Positions 26,274 to 41,200 of a stretch of DNA of 64,000 bases are shown here, piece by piece. How positions within the stretch are numbered: the first letter of the stretch is position 1; each line of letters begins with the position of its first letter. Under the pieces are notes generated by a model. That model searched no databases and was not told the DNA's origin. It saw only the letters and a program-made list of their open reading frames with translations. Source of the stretch: Iphione sp. A-MEVVRFRX5 (Eukaryota); assembly GCA_976226885.1 (NCBI GenBank), contig OZ320313.1, positions 144,336,001-144,400,000 of the forward strand, read 5' to 3'. A program made the translations under genes and the position numbers.

Positions 26274-29200
26274 CTGCAATAGAGGGGAAAAATATAAGGT
26301 TAGCTATAACTGGACGCAAGGAAATCCGTAGGCTTAGATATAGATTTATACGTATTGAAATCGTAAGACTTTGGTACAAAAATAGTTTAAATAATTATCA
26401 ACAGTAGATTCCTCTAAAATTATAAACGCAATTAGGTAAGCATGTTCAACCAGCAGATATCATCATGCAGACATGCTTCATTGTCAGCTTAGGATTTGGC
26501 AGTTGCTATAATGAGGCTATAATCATTAAGTATTTCATGCGACACTTTATTTGATGTTAAGGCAACGTCTTTCATTAAATGCGTAACGAAAGAGGCATTT
26601 ATCTCCACGTATATATACTGGCAAAGAAACCTCCACTCTGAAACTGAATGGCTCCCGGTCCGTGAAGTTATGGGAGAGGCGGAGAGAAGGAAATAGTAGT
26701 ACCGGTATAGAGGAGGCTGAAGACGGGTGCGTTTAATAGAGAAAGCCAGAAAGAAAAAAGTCGCACGGCGTAAGCACGTGCCCATTTCGCCTGTGATACT
26801 GGGTGGGCCATTCGTGCAGAAGTGTCCTTTTTCTCGCCGTTTCGCCTTCAAAGTTTATGTTTACACTAAGTGCCAGTGACAAGCATGCAAATAAGGACGT
26901 GATTTGTGAGTTCTACATTTCGCAGTCACACCATTAATTCGATAATTTATGTTGCGGCACCGAACACACGATACTCCAGCCCCCACCCAAACCTTCCGCC
27001 AGCTTCCTTCAAGCGCCGCCATTAATCGTCTGCTCACTTCACGCGGAACCTCGCAAAGCCGCGCGCGCGTGTGCGAGACTTGGTGGATCAGGTCAAATAT
27101 CGCTCTGCAATGGACGCTAAACCTCCTCCCTCTACCGTAGCCCAACACTTCTTTCGTGTTGAAGCAAAAAACGGTACCTTAATTCATTGTTCACAGATGA
27201 ATCATCCTCGCGGATTCCTTTCCAACAATCGTTCATCGGTACCAGTCCTATAAGAATGTTAGGATATTCCTCGACTACGGCGCATCTCGAATGATATTTG
27301 TGTAAAATATCTCTTTGTAGAGTATTAAAACTTGAAATTACATCAGTCGAGATATGAAGATTACGAAACCATGTTGTCCAGACGCACACAGTAGTAAGTG
27401 ATGTTTTAACGCAATACCAAACAACCGCGCGGTTGAAGATTTGCATTCTCCATTGTGTTTTATGAAAATATTGTTACTGTGAAAAAATCACCTGGTGCTC
27501 CGGTTTCTCTGTTACTGGTGAAAGCTAACAGGCCCAGAACGCCTTACATTAAAGGAAACGCAAAACGTCCTAATCGAGTTAGCCACTTTGGAAAATGGAA
27601 ATTTAATTGTCTTTCACTCATTAGATGTCTTCCTAAGGAAGCCACATGTGTTAAGTACATGTTGTCACCATAAAAACGGAGTCCACTGAGAATAATTTCT
27701 TGCCAAGCATAGCAGCCAGCGGATTAGCATAACACACTTAGAGGGACAATATGTCGCCAAAACGGTTGCGCGAATTATGCTATTATTTATGCGATTACCA
27801 CTGCGAAACATGAGGAAAAGCGGTGGAGGTTGGTGCTATGTGTTTGAATAACTAATCAGGGAAAGCGATCCAGATGTGTCGAAGGAGTTTTTAACGTCAA
27901 TTTGGCACGTCTCCCAGTCTGCCTGGCGCACGCGCACGGCGCTATAATCAGTGTTAGTGTGTCATCCCGGCGTTCATTTGGAGTGTGGGTGTGCGCAAGG
28001 ACCACCACTTCCTTTACCATTACCACCACCATCACCACTACCACCACCAGCTCCGCCTCACACACAGGCAGCCGGCAGGCCCAGGAAATTCTAGGCCACT
28101 TCTAGGGACTTGGCCGAGTGCCTGGGGAGATATGGGCCGAGATATTGTATGTCCACTGATCTGTGGAATGTGCCCTGATCGAACGGAGGCGGATATGGGG
28201 GGGGGGCAGAAAGTTGAAGGGAGGCAGAGGGGCAGAGTGAGTGTGTGGGTGGCAGTTGTAGCAGGCCAGATAGATGAGAAAGAGGTGCGTAGAGGAAGGA
28301 TCAGGATAGAATGTCAGGGGGAGATCTAGGACCGAGTGGACTTGCCCTTCGCCCGACCTCTATAGCAGATACCTGAAATGCTAGACAAGAGAGACTTGCG
28401 CTGTCGACCCATAAGCAGCTAGTTGACTTCATAGATTTTCCATTTTCTACTCTCATACCTTATTTTTTCTTAAACAAATAGATTAATATAAAGTTGTTTC
28501 TCCACATGTATTAACGCTCTGCTATTCAAGTATGCTGAATTATGTTAACTATACATCTAGATCTCCTTCAAGATATCTGTAAATCATTTTTGACTAAAGC
28601 TGGAAGTCTGTATGGCGGATTCCTGTAGGGATTCGTAATGTAGACCCGTTAATGGCTGAATGCTGGATACGGAGCGCCATCTGTTTTGTACTCTCATTGG
28701 CCGTGATTTGAATGAAGATGACTCAATCACTGTGTCAAAAGGCTGGCAGGCAGACAGAGTGGGTGGAAAGCCAAACCGACCACAGATATGAATAAAATCT
28801 CCACGGCCGGCGGAGCTAAGGGTTCCATTGTCGTATCTATGGAAACGTCACCAACGTCTGACGACAAAAGTGCAATAATGCATTCTTGTGCCCCCCCCCC
28901 CCCCAATAGCAACGCTTCACCTTCCTATTCTCGCCAATACATGCAGCAAAATTTGACCTCAACTCTCTTACCCCCCTCCCCTCTTCACAAGGTCCCAACC
29001 TCCCAAGAATCCCCTTACAACCAATATTTCCCATTCTCTGGACGGCGCCTCTGCCCTCTCACGGTTCAATATAGACGATAAATGACGGGTCTTCAAGTCA
29101 GAAATAGCCAACCAAGCCCGACACTTGTCTGTCTGCAAAGGCCACAGGCGGGGCAGAGCGCACCATTTTGATAGAATACTTGGTTTCATCACTATACAAA

Positions 29201-32200
29201 CTAGCACTGGTTTACACACAGGCAGCGGGCACACATACTCATACATTACTCATACATGACCTCTAGCAAGAAAAAGTATGTTACGGATAGGCTCATGTTT
29301 TCACGAGTCAGTACAGCCATGTGACTGAAGAGAAGGCTCCCTGAAAATCAAAGAAAAATAAAACAAAAAAAGTGAACAAATCCAACTTATCTTAAATCCC
29401 ATGCGCCGACTAACGATTAAGCAATAATTCCAAAAGAAAACCGTTCCGATTTTGCTAAAAAGTCGTGTGAGAAATTCCCCACAAGGCCAGTGATACTTTT
29501 TCATATGCAGTTCTACATTTGGCGCGTTGTCTAAGTTGAATGTATGTAAATGTATGTGGGTCACGGAAACGTCGACAGGTGCTACTCGAGTCAAAAAGCT
29601 ATCATAGAAACAAGATCTCGAACTTCATGTCGAGTAATATTTTAGTGTAACCACATGAGTAAGTTGATATTTTAAAAAGTCTAAACTACAGGCCTTTTGG
29701 AGTGATATTATGTGCAACTCTGCATGTAGAATATTCCAGTAGACGTTGATCAATTACTAAGAGATCTAAGAGTGTATTCTACAGAAGTGTACCTACCTGC
29801 TGATGACATAGAAACGTGAGTACGTAGATATTTGAAAACAAAGTCTGAATCATAGGCCTTTCGAACAGTTCGATCTGAGGCACATTTCCCATGCCAACTA
29901 AGTTATGAAGGAACATAACGAACAGTTTGCTTTGAACTGAATGGGGACAAGCAAGAGAGTTTAATTAAGGACGTTGCAGACTAATAGAACAAGAGTGCGG
30001 CTGGTTTGAAGAAAAAGGGCCTCAGAGCAATGCCTGCACACAGGCAAGCGTCATGTATGTTGCTAATGGCACACACCACACTCACCCTCCCTTGTCCTCA
30101 GTGGAAAAATTTCGAGGACGAGAGGGAGAGGTAGTACAGAGCAGGTCCATTTTTGTTTGGTCTATTTTATTTCTTGCACGCCTTTTGAAATCTGTTTTCC
30201 TGGAACGAGAGGGAATTTACAAACGATGCGTTCAGAAAGGCGAGCGCCGATGGACGTCCATTGAAACGTGGGAGAATCTCGCTCATCAGAGACTATCTAC
30301 ACACTTCTGTGACGCAAGCGCAAAAACTGCCATCAAAGCTGGCATGGAAAGCGCAAGCTGCCCCGACTGGGTTCTGGCAAGAGGACTGTCGCGATCCCAA
30401 CTGTTGAATTTCAATTCACAAGGGAACGGAAGCTTTCGATAAAGATTTTTTTTATCAGTTTCCAAATTGGAACTGATTTCGTGTCTCTTGATTCATAGCA
30501 AGCTCGCTCAGTGCAAATATTGTACAGTGTTTGCTGTGTTCTGGTTACGTTCACACGGAAAGATCCATTGTACATGTGTGAACGTGAGGACAGCCGAGTA
30601 TGTATGATTAGCTATACAACCGCGTGCGCTCCTAGAGTCAGAAATATACTACAACTTCTTGCGGCACCTATAAATAAAACACGTGTACTTGAACCCATAT
30701 ATTGTGGCATAGACAGAATAACAACAATCAATCTATACATGTTTGTCGATTTTCCAGGCCTAAGGATAGATTCCTCACATTATAAAATCCCTCTTGTCCC
30801 CCGTCTCCCTCTTGTCCCTAAACCTCTCGTGCATGACCCCCCCCCCCCCATTGGAAACCACGTCTACTACACCCTAGGAATGGTTCTTTTTGCCTTGAAC
30901 CAACAGGCCGTCACCGCAGGGTCAACGCCATTGTTGACGGCAGATTATCGCAGGTAAACAAGGCGCACGCCTCCGTGGGGCCGAATGAGGTAAATTGATT
31001 AGCGCCTGTAACTGGTGTCTGACAAGTTCACCGCTTCCGTAGTCGTAGTAACAATGCCTCAGCCAGCCCAACAATGCATAATCGACGCCTCTCCGACAAA
31101 ATACGGTGCCATTGAATGCTTAAAGCAGGCTAGAGACACGTAGCGAACGGGGATGGATTATGGGTATAGAAATGACGTAAATTAGCCCCGACAGTGTGAA
31201 TATCACTTGCCCAAGACACTCACTGCCCTTGTGTAATTCAACCTCACATACCCATGACATAACCGGTGTGTTATTTTCTATTCAGAGCCGGTCAGGGTGT
31301 AAGCTGATTCCGGAGGAAGTATTCAATCAAACGATGAAAAGTTTGCCTTTGCTTAAGGTTGGGATTAAGAGAAACAGTTACCGGTGACCATGCAGCTACA
31401 GAGTTCTTAGTCGGCGTACGAAGCTAAACCTCACGGCCAGACAATATCAATACGCGTACATATCGATGTAGGGTACTCCAGCCGTCGCAATGCGGCCAGG
31501 ATATTATTACATCACCCTACAATGCGGTTACATCAGTGGAGGTGGGTGTGACTTTGCAATGTTTATATGGCACCATTGTTTCCAGCACATTGCAGACGGA
31601 GACAGAAGCATGTGGAAAATGGTGACCGATGCGGGGCAGTGTGTGTAGGCGCGCGCGCGTGTGTGTGCGTGAGCTCGTTAGCGGGAGGGGTGAAGGAGTG
31701 GGTGTGTCTGAGCCCTAGCCTTGACGTCGTGCATAATTCATGAGTTTGTACCGTTGACGACAGACCTCCTGCCTGGTGGCATCATCTTTTGCGACCTTCA
31801 CCCATCCGCAACCCGTCCCTCCCATCTTTTCCCCTCCCTACCCTTTCTACCATTCCCTCCTCATTTTGTGTCCGTTTCCCAGTTACCAATTCCACCACAA
31901 GTATTCTCATCTGTCTTTCTCTGTCTTACTCTGTTTCTCTCTTTTCATCTGATCCACAATGTCCGTACTACCTANNNNNNNNNNNNNNNNNNNNNNNNNN
32001 NNNNNNNNNNNNNNNNNNNNNNNNNNNNNNNNNNNNNNNNNNNNNNNNNNNNNNNNNNNNNNNNNNNNNNNNNNNNNNNNNNNNNNNNNNNNNNNNNNNN
32101 NNNNNNNNNNNNNNNNNNNNNNATTCATTTGAAAGATTTTGGTGGCTACTAGTACTACTCATCCGCCACAAATCGGTCGACTGCCCTTTTCCGGCCTCAT

Positions 32201-35200
32201 TTTGCTCTCAAGACTACGACATCCGGTCGTTTAGCACGCGTGTCTGCAAGGTGTCAAACCAGCAAAGGTTGATCCCCAGCGAAGGTTGATTTATAACTTT
32301 TATGTTTTTTTTCTCACTCGAGAAAGGCGACGGTCAAATGACATAGATATGACGCCTGGTTTTATATCCCGTTTCTCTCTTTTTAACATTTTTTTTTTTT
32401 TTTTGGGGGGGGGGCTGGCCTTCTGCTAAGTATTACACAAAAAGCATGTACTTGGAAAGAATCCACATACATTTTTATTCGATATATCAAGAAATAACTA
32501 GGTTGAGCTTTATGTACCATCCTACTACCTGAATTTTGTCAAAATCTACATGTCTTGGGAGGTGTATGTTATAATCCTTAATGAATACATTATGAATCGT
32601 ATGGTATCTAATGGAATCGTCTTCTTTCTCATGTTCATTCTTGATTATGTATTGCTCTGATGCGTTTTCATATCTTGACAGTATTAACGCATCTATTTAA
32701 TTTTCAAAATAACTACATGTATTTAATTCGTCTAAATGTATCTTTTTCACACTGGACGAAGTTTTATGCATTAACGTGTAAGAGAAGTGAGACTAAAAAC
32801 GCATACAAACATTCAAACATAAACACATGGAACTTTCATTGTGCAACATTTGGAAAGGTACAGCGACCCCTTCAAGCTGGCGCTGAGAGCTTGTGGCCGT
32901 AGGAAAGGCAGAGGGTGGTCTAATGATGACGGACAAGTACCACACCAAGCGGAGGATTAAACTAGGGTCAAGGCACCCTAACTACCACCTTTTACTATCC
33001 ATTCCTCTCACCTAACTCTCTGCCCCCTTTCCCTTCCCCAAAGAAGCCAGCGCTGTCAGCATTCGCGGCACGTCCCCACGGCCCAGATTCCTTGGCAGCA
33101 CGTCATAATACATGCTTCACGACCCAAATGAAGCTTAAACGGACTTAAAGCGCCACCGGATCGGGCGGGTCGTTGCAGCCGGTCGGCTGTCTCCTTAAGG
33201 TGGTGTATTAATATGACCCCCGGGCGATTACTCACCCTGGAGGAGACCTAACAGGAGGGAGGGATTAAGGCCCGCCTGTCGGAGAGGGCCGAGGAAGGCG
33301 TGGCAGGCAGGGCAGAGGGACGAATCGCGCCGTCAAGCGAGGCTCAATAGATACATGCTGACATTGGGGAATCTGAAGCTTAGCGGTTGTGAGGCCGTAG
33401 GTCTGTCAATATTCTAAAGGGGTTGCGTATACAGGATTATCACAACAACTGCCTGTCGTATGGAACTATGGACTTGCAAAGAAATGAAGAGGTGACCGTC
33501 TCTAGGTGAGTAGTTATATGAAGCGAAAACAAATATAAAGTATTTTCGTCCCGGTTAGTTACATGATTTTATTTCAAAGCTTCATACATGACCAGCACCG
33601 ACGGAAGCGGGGTTAATGAGACTTTCATATTAAAAAAAGTCACTGGATGTTTACGAACATCGAGATTAAACCTGGAATCAAGTAGTGGAAATTAACCAAA
33701 GATACCATATTGATCAATTGAAAAACTTGAAACCATTATTGCATGAACATCTACCGTATGATAATATGTAACTATATTATTTAAAGATGTACAGCACTTC
33801 TCCTATTCTCACATCTTACATTTACATGTGCATGTATGTAATATATTCTTGTATACATTATATGTATAGGGTTACAATTCTTATACCTTGTTTTAGACGG
33901 ACTAACTCTCCCTTTAATGGACATTTAAGGACATGATTATGTCCAAATCATAGGTGACACACAAAAGTTTCAGTTGTTATAAAACATTTTAACAGTAATC
34001 AAAATGAATTGCACATTCACTCGATTACAATGATTAAAAGGATTACTCTGATATAGAATAGCATATCCAGACACCAGGCAACTATCTTTTCCACAGATTC
34101 GATCTTATTGTCAATCTGATCATATATATATAGTCGCACGTATGAACCGTTCCTATTAGAGTATCAATAGTTATAGTGCTATCTCCAATGTCAGGGTGAT
34201 AAATGGACTTCATATCGCTTCAGGGTAAATAGTATTGCCGACATAAATTGCGTTGAATCTACAGTGGAGGATTGTGCCTGGTTGCTGTTTTCTCTCTGAT
34301 TTGTATCAGTCAACATTGTCGTGAAATCCCATATCAATAAATGTCCGGCGCGCGCGCTTATTGATAGGGACAAGTCAATATCAGCCCGTCCAGCGCTCCC
34401 GGCATCGGTGGCCGTCGCCGCCTCCGCCGCAGACGTCGGCGTGACTTAAGGCCGTCTTTCTCCTGTAGCTGCCGAACACCACAGCTGCAGGCGTTCTCAC
34501 ACCTCCGGCGGCAGGCCGCCTTGGCAACCGGACGCGCGTGGTGAGTGACAGGCAAACCAGTCGGTGAGGGCTCTTTTCCATGCGGTCAGTGGGCGCGAGT
34601 AGTATATGCAGTGAGGGGTCTGACTCTGGCGATTTGCCTCTTTTCAGCCGGGCGGACTGACGTGTCACTGTGTCAGTGGTGCCACATGTAACCCCAACTG
34701 TCCTCTACTCTCTTGACACAGCAGAACCCAGGAGAAGCCGCCGGAAAAAGCCGAGGAAGTGCGGCGATGGTTTGCTATGATGAAGGCCACCAACGAGAAA
34801 GATCTGTCTTTGGTAGGGAGGGGATGAGATACAATTGTCGTGGTGGTTGGGGGGGGGGTGCACTCACAACACTGTCCGCCATTGCTTCAGCCGATATGCT
34901 AATGGCGCTCCCCAAAGCCACATTACAACTCCCGACTGCGATCCTGTCAATTGTTAGAATTTCGGCTGTTGTCAGGTCATATTGGCCGTCATAGCCGTCA
35001 AGACAAGGCTAAGTGACTGTGGCATATTGACCAGTCGTATGACCAGGGGCCCTCTGTCAGTTCGTAGGTGTTGTTTTTTGTGTAAGTGGCACCTTATATA
35101 TGACACAATATTCCCTTCCTCAGTGCTGGACATTTCCAAAGAACAGATATGGCGTGTGATGAAATGGACTTGTTTAGATATTACCGATGCTATTGTGTTC

Positions 35201-38200
35201 GCCAAAATGTCCCAGTTCACAGCTTTAGGTTGGAGCGTCTAACAGATTGCAATATGCAACTATAGAATACGGCAGTGGCACATTCGCTTAGAGAATACCC
35301 TCCGCATAGCCACGGAAGGGCTCCTTTCAAAACGTCTGACACTGAACACCAAAGAATGTTTGTATTTCAGTTCTCTCTTCGATGGCTTTTTCATTACTTC
35401 AGTCATGCGCCCGACGCGAGGTTTCCACATTATTTGCCTCTATGTCTCTGACTGAATCTTTATCGTAGTATTGTTCCCCACTAGACTGGGCCATTGGACA
35501 GAATCTGCCTTTACAAGCTCTATGACTTGCAATGTTTGACAGCCTCTCGCGTCTCTTGAGTGTGTGTGTGTGTGCCTTCACGTGGCTCCTCTGCTCCTGT
35601 CTCTGTCATCCAGGCAGGGGCTGGGCTTTCTGTCGGCTCTGCTCGTGGCTCTGCCTCCCCGGGCTCTGCTCCTGGGCCTACTGGCACACCAGTTTACCGG
35701 CAGCACGGCGTCTTCGGCCTGCCACATACGGAGAGGGTTCAGCTTCAATATGGGCTTATGTGTCGGATACATAACATAACCCTCTCTAAGTGCCTTTGGG
35801 TATATATACAATTGGATTTAGAAGTTGATTATATCTTCGTTCTTCTTTCTTCGATATTAAAATGGGAGTACTTAAGACTACATTGTAGTTTGTTCATGTC
35901 TATAGTGGTTCATGTTATAAAATGTAAGTAGTCTATGAAAATACAGGATGGGACATATATTGTAATAAGCAAAACGATTGGGTGTTTTAAGTTTAGAATA
36001 TGTCAGATGCCTATTCATCTAGAATTTCTATGAGTTAGAGTTTTAAAAGTATCATGCATTTTAAGATGAAAAAATCGTAAGCAGTTACATATATGAAAAA
36101 CAATTTTTCAACGCTTACCATAGCTGAATCATACACTTACACGTACACAAACCTTTACTCATAAATGAAAAAAAATCAGATGACTTTTACATTTTCGTCG
36201 TTACTTCTATGTACTATACATATATGTCAAAACAAGTGACATATTGACAGATACCTGTCCTGATTTCCCTCCATCTGCTTATACATGCATATACATGTGC
36301 ATGTTTAAGATAATCTTTCTCCGATCTTTTTACCCTTACGTACACATTGTCAATCTGACAGATACCCACACTCACTGGCGAACTTCTTTAGCTCCAGTAT
36401 GTGTATATGTCCACGGTTATGATAAGCCTTTTGGCCGATATGTTTATGTATACATGCACGTGACCTAAAAACCTACTAGCACAGATTGGCATTTAGTCCT
36501 GTGATTCGTGCGCGGGAGGGGCAATCTTATAGCACTTTTTTGCAATTCTGCAAGCAAGCCAGCCTATAGTATAGCTCCTCACCTCCGGAGCCCTCGGCCA
36601 AATAGACTACCCTACCCCCCCCCCCCCAACTTCCAAAACCGAGAGGCCCACGCCGACTATAATCGATCCACTGCGTTATATGCTTCATTTCCAGCTAATT
36701 TCCTGTGCATTTCGGGAGGCGGAGGCCGGAGGGGGAGACACCGACTCTAAAGTGTATAGAAGCGGGGAGGGCCTTGTGGGCGATGAGGAGAGGTGTTAGT
36801 TCTCGGCGGGGGAGGGTTGTGACTCCCTAGCATTCCTGACGAAAATCTAGCCTGTCAGTGATTTCTCCAGACTTTTTGTTGGCTCCACAGTGCCCCTGAC
36901 TTTTATGTGGTTTTCGTCCTCTTAGACATGTATTTTTCCTGACCTATATCTTCCTAATCTGTTGGGACCAGACGATACTTCCTATATTATTTAGAATATT
37001 CTATACTTGTACGCATAATAGGGAATTGTGTAAGGTCATTTTCCAACAACTGTTTACACTCAAGCTCACCAATAGCCAATGGCTTCGTTACCCCCGTCCA
37101 AACGATTTGTTACATTACAACGATGGAGTGTTGCCCGTAAATACCCATAATCTTTGCAGGGGGTCACCCGGTATGCAAAGCCGGTTGGATGGATATGAAT
37201 GTCAGATTAAAAAGCGGCCGGAATTGATCAATTACTGAACGAGAGGTGTCGGCCGAAAGGTACACCCTGTTCAGATCGATTTGGGAGCGAATCGGGCGGC
37301 AGTTGTTGGGTGATAGGGAAGTGGGAGGGGGTCCAAGGCAGTGGCTGGGTGTGGGCGTGAGTTGTGGGGAGGGAAGGGGGTAGGTGGTGTGGCAGGAAAG
37401 GGGTTCAGGTGGGGCGTGGGGTTGCTCGAAGCCAATCGATCAGCTAGTGTCGGAATAGAGTCGACAGGTTACGGCTGATAGGGGCAAAATAACAGCGGGC
37501 TGGCTGCGTGCAATAGAAATGCCAAAACGTAGCTTTGGTTACCCCATGCGACTTCTATTCCGAGACAAGTGAGTGTTATCCCAGATAACCGCCCGTTTCA
37601 ACTGAGACAAATCTTGTGTACAAGCCGTGGTAAATGACATCCCCTCATGCCCATATTCAGTGGGAACTCTCCTGATAGCCACCCCTACCCAATGGTCACC
37701 TTCTACAGTGGCGGCATGGCATTGGAACAGACTGCAATCTTAAATACTCTGAGCTACTTCTGTCCATTGATCACCTCTCTGGATGGTAATACATGAGTGG
37801 GAATCAAGGGTGACCGCTGGGGAGAGTTCGCCCTGTATGTCGTTCATGAATTTGCTAGTCCAGCTTACTTGCCAGCTGTGTGCTGTGAAGGTTTCCTTCA
37901 CTTCCTGTGTCAACAGTGAAGGAAGCTAATCATGAAAGGATTCTACTCTGGGCGATTTTCGTGGCTCTCCCTCTCTGTCTCGGTCTCTGTCTTTCTCCCT
38001 CTTATTCAAAACCCATTCCTGTCCTTCGCCTTTTCCTTCTATTCTGTCATAATGTTTCCCCACTGTCCCGACGTAGTATAAAGTGCAGACACCTTGCTGT
38101 GGTTGTATAGGGGAGCGTAGATAGGAAGGCAGACGCATGTTCCAAGGATTTGCGTGCCTCTTTGCATGCGCTGCACACTTGCTTGCCGAGTTGCGCATAG

Positions 38201-41200
38201 CGTCGCAGATATGCCACCCTCGATCACCCCCACCCAGCTTCCACTACCACCACCACTATCCACGCACCCACTCACCCTCCCACCCATCCCTTCAGCCCTC
38301 CCAGCCGCCGAGACAGAGGCGGGAACTGCTTCTTGTACCAGCCCCCGCGTTGACGCTCCCTGCAGGCCGCCGCCGGCCGCAGACAATGGCGCCTGCGTGC
38401 CGGCAGGTGAGGGGCCGCCGGGGCGGTCCCCGGGCCGCGCCCTGGAGTGTGGGACCGTGACAGACGTGCAGACACGACCGGGCGGGAACAAAGCCCTTTA
38501 CGTACGGAACCCAACCCCCCCCTCCCTCCCTCCTACCACTCCCTCCCTCCTTCTGCATCTTTCTCCGGCTCCCACTCCCGTCCCACCTCTACCGCCTTGT
38601 GTAAGGCACGCCCGCCTCCGAGGCGCAGCACACATGCAGGTATATAAGACCAATTCCCACATGTCGTCCCGTTGCCTTCGAATTGCAGGTACTTTCGCCT
38701 CTTCTCTGCTTGAACAAAATAAATCCTCAAATTTCTAAGGATACCAGTATCCCATTGTTTAAACCACTTGTGTTCTAAACTACAGCAGCGTTGGGAAAGT
38801 TCGCACTATAATTTAATCGTCTGTCGTTATCTCTGAATCCTGTGGCAACTGATAATAACCCGTAATTATTATCCAGGTGAGCAATGGATGGTCTCGATAA
38901 CCCCGTTTTGTTTCTATTGTGCTTCCATTTCCTCCTGTAAATCCCCCATCCAGCCGCCTGTTCGCAACCCCCCCCCCCCGCGCGCCTCGTACTACTACGT
39001 ACCTCGCAAGGCGGAAGGCTACCTAGTGATAACTGCTAGTGTGTTTTACCACAAGGGGGCGCCAACATGCAAGCGGGCACCTCGTACGCCTGCGCCGGAT
39101 ACATCTGCTCCTGGGGTATGAATTTTTAAAAAGGCCACGTTCCGTGCTCAGGCCTGGGAGTATGGGGATGGGGGTACAGCCGTGTCTCGACGTCCGTTAT
39201 CTTACAAGGTTCTCTACCACACGTCCATCCCGACAGCACATATTACATACACGCGCAAAGACAAGTAGCATACCTGCCAAAACCCACCACCACACGAACA
39301 TGGTATGATTGGCGCAGTACAAAGCCCTAAAAAAACTGAGAACCACATCACACTGTCTTTAGTGTAGACAATTGCAGAGTGTTTCTTTCGCTGACGAGCT
39401 ATCAACATTGTGCCATACAGGGAACTGAGTGAATAAATGAACTACGTCTGGAGTAAATCCCTTATTTGAATTTGGTTTGTTTAAAACAACGGCTCCCGGC
39501 TGGATTCAAAATGATTATGATGGTCATAAACTCTTCCTATAGAGACCCCAGCTGCCTATAGCGGCATCTGTGATGTAAAGAATGTTAATAATGCGCTATT
39601 GTCGCTCTTCGCTTGTTTCCTCTCCTCCATTCATGGATACTATTCTTTTCCTGTGGATGGTTCTAAGCCTGTTGTGTTCATTACCTAGAAAATATTTTCT
39701 GTTATCATTCATGCTGCTCATATAAGATTAATCCAAAATTGTTAAACGTCTCCGTTCTCTCCATTCTCACATATACATGTACAATGTATATGCTGTTTCC
39801 GCTTTTGTTTCTCTCTCACTTTGAATTACCTCCGACTACAATGTCTCATACGTTCAATTTTTTGTAACCTCGTGTCACCGCCGGGCCTTTCCTTTTACAT
39901 GCCTCTATCCTGACGATCTGTTCTTGCTAACTGCCTTTCCTAGGCAGCTTTCCGCTTAATTCGTCAACACAGGCCCTGCCCATACACCATCAATCGTCAT
40001 CGTCCGCCAATCAATCTTAGGCCGCGACACGCTCGGTCATAGTCCGACTCACTACAACCATGTAAGCACTTACAGCACTGGCTAAACTCTCGCTCGCCTT
40101 AGATTATTTCCCCGTAGGACTCATTAAGTATTACAGAGGGAAATAATCATAATATACAAGATGCTTGAAAGCTTGATGAATGCAAAAGACGGATTGCCCT
40201 CTCTACTTGTGACGGCTGTTGATGCATGGTGACTTTCTGCTGATCCCAAGAGCATACATAAGAAGCCTCAAGAGCAAAAGGATTATCCCATTAATCCGAC
40301 CCGCTCTACTCCTTAGCCGTCCAACAGCCCAAAAGATTAACGGATTCCATGGTTATGGGTGGTTCTCCCTGTTTACAACTTACTGAACTGCCTATAACGA
40401 CTGGGGATTTGTCCAACGTCTTCATATCTGGTCTTCCATACTTTACTATCGACTGCTTTCGTGACGTACATTTGTCAAGTCTTCATTGTTCAGACGTACA
40501 CTGCATGGTCACCGCAGACCTCACAGCTATTGCTCATCAGAACAGTAGTCCTGAGCAGGTGGGCCTATAAGAGCCAGTCTCACTCGCTACCGCTCCACGG
40601 CGCTTCAATCGCCCGTTTAAAAGCCTATATGTTGCACCAAGCCTTTTGCGGGGCTGGGCCAAGTGATCTGCATACATTGTTGATGAGCAGGTTAATTGGT
40701 TAATACGGTAAATGAGGGGAGAGAGAATGAATCATTTCCCCTCCATCGCCTCTCGTTGCCTGGTCGTTTTGTATATACATGTAGATGTATTAGGGTGAGA
40801 CCAGTGAGAGGGCTTATTACTGGACCGCTAGCGAACTTCACAGTCAGTATGATCAAAAGGCGCGCACACACACACCTGTGGTGGAAAATGGAACTTAAAG
40901 ATAAAACAATGAGTTATTTTTGTCCCATCATGAGTTCGATGTGCCATTCTGAGATCTAAAAAAAATATATAAAAACAACCCGAACCAGTAATTCTTCAAA
41001 TACACTTGGTGATTGCAACGTAAAATTCAATACAGTTGATCCTACCAAGTAAGTAACTGAAGATTCCACATCGCATGAAAGAGTTAAGTTCTGTTTTCCT
41101 ACCGATCGAAATCACGGCGGACGCCGTGCATTAGCTCAAACAACAGCAGCACAGGGTTAATAGGGCACGGCGAAACTTTTTTGTCGCCCGGTATTATTAT

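Noticed and set aside
25297-26379. 360-aa ORF as a single-exon protein
   Set aside because: Only 26273-25699 is exon. The flanks (MYQSLT... and ...[11 protein letters not shown]...) are intronic read-through past canonical splice sites into a CT repeat.
32389-32414. T16 tract as a retro-insertion poly(A) tail
   Set aside because: No target-site duplication or SINE/LINE body visible; it abuts a G10 run near an assembly gap.
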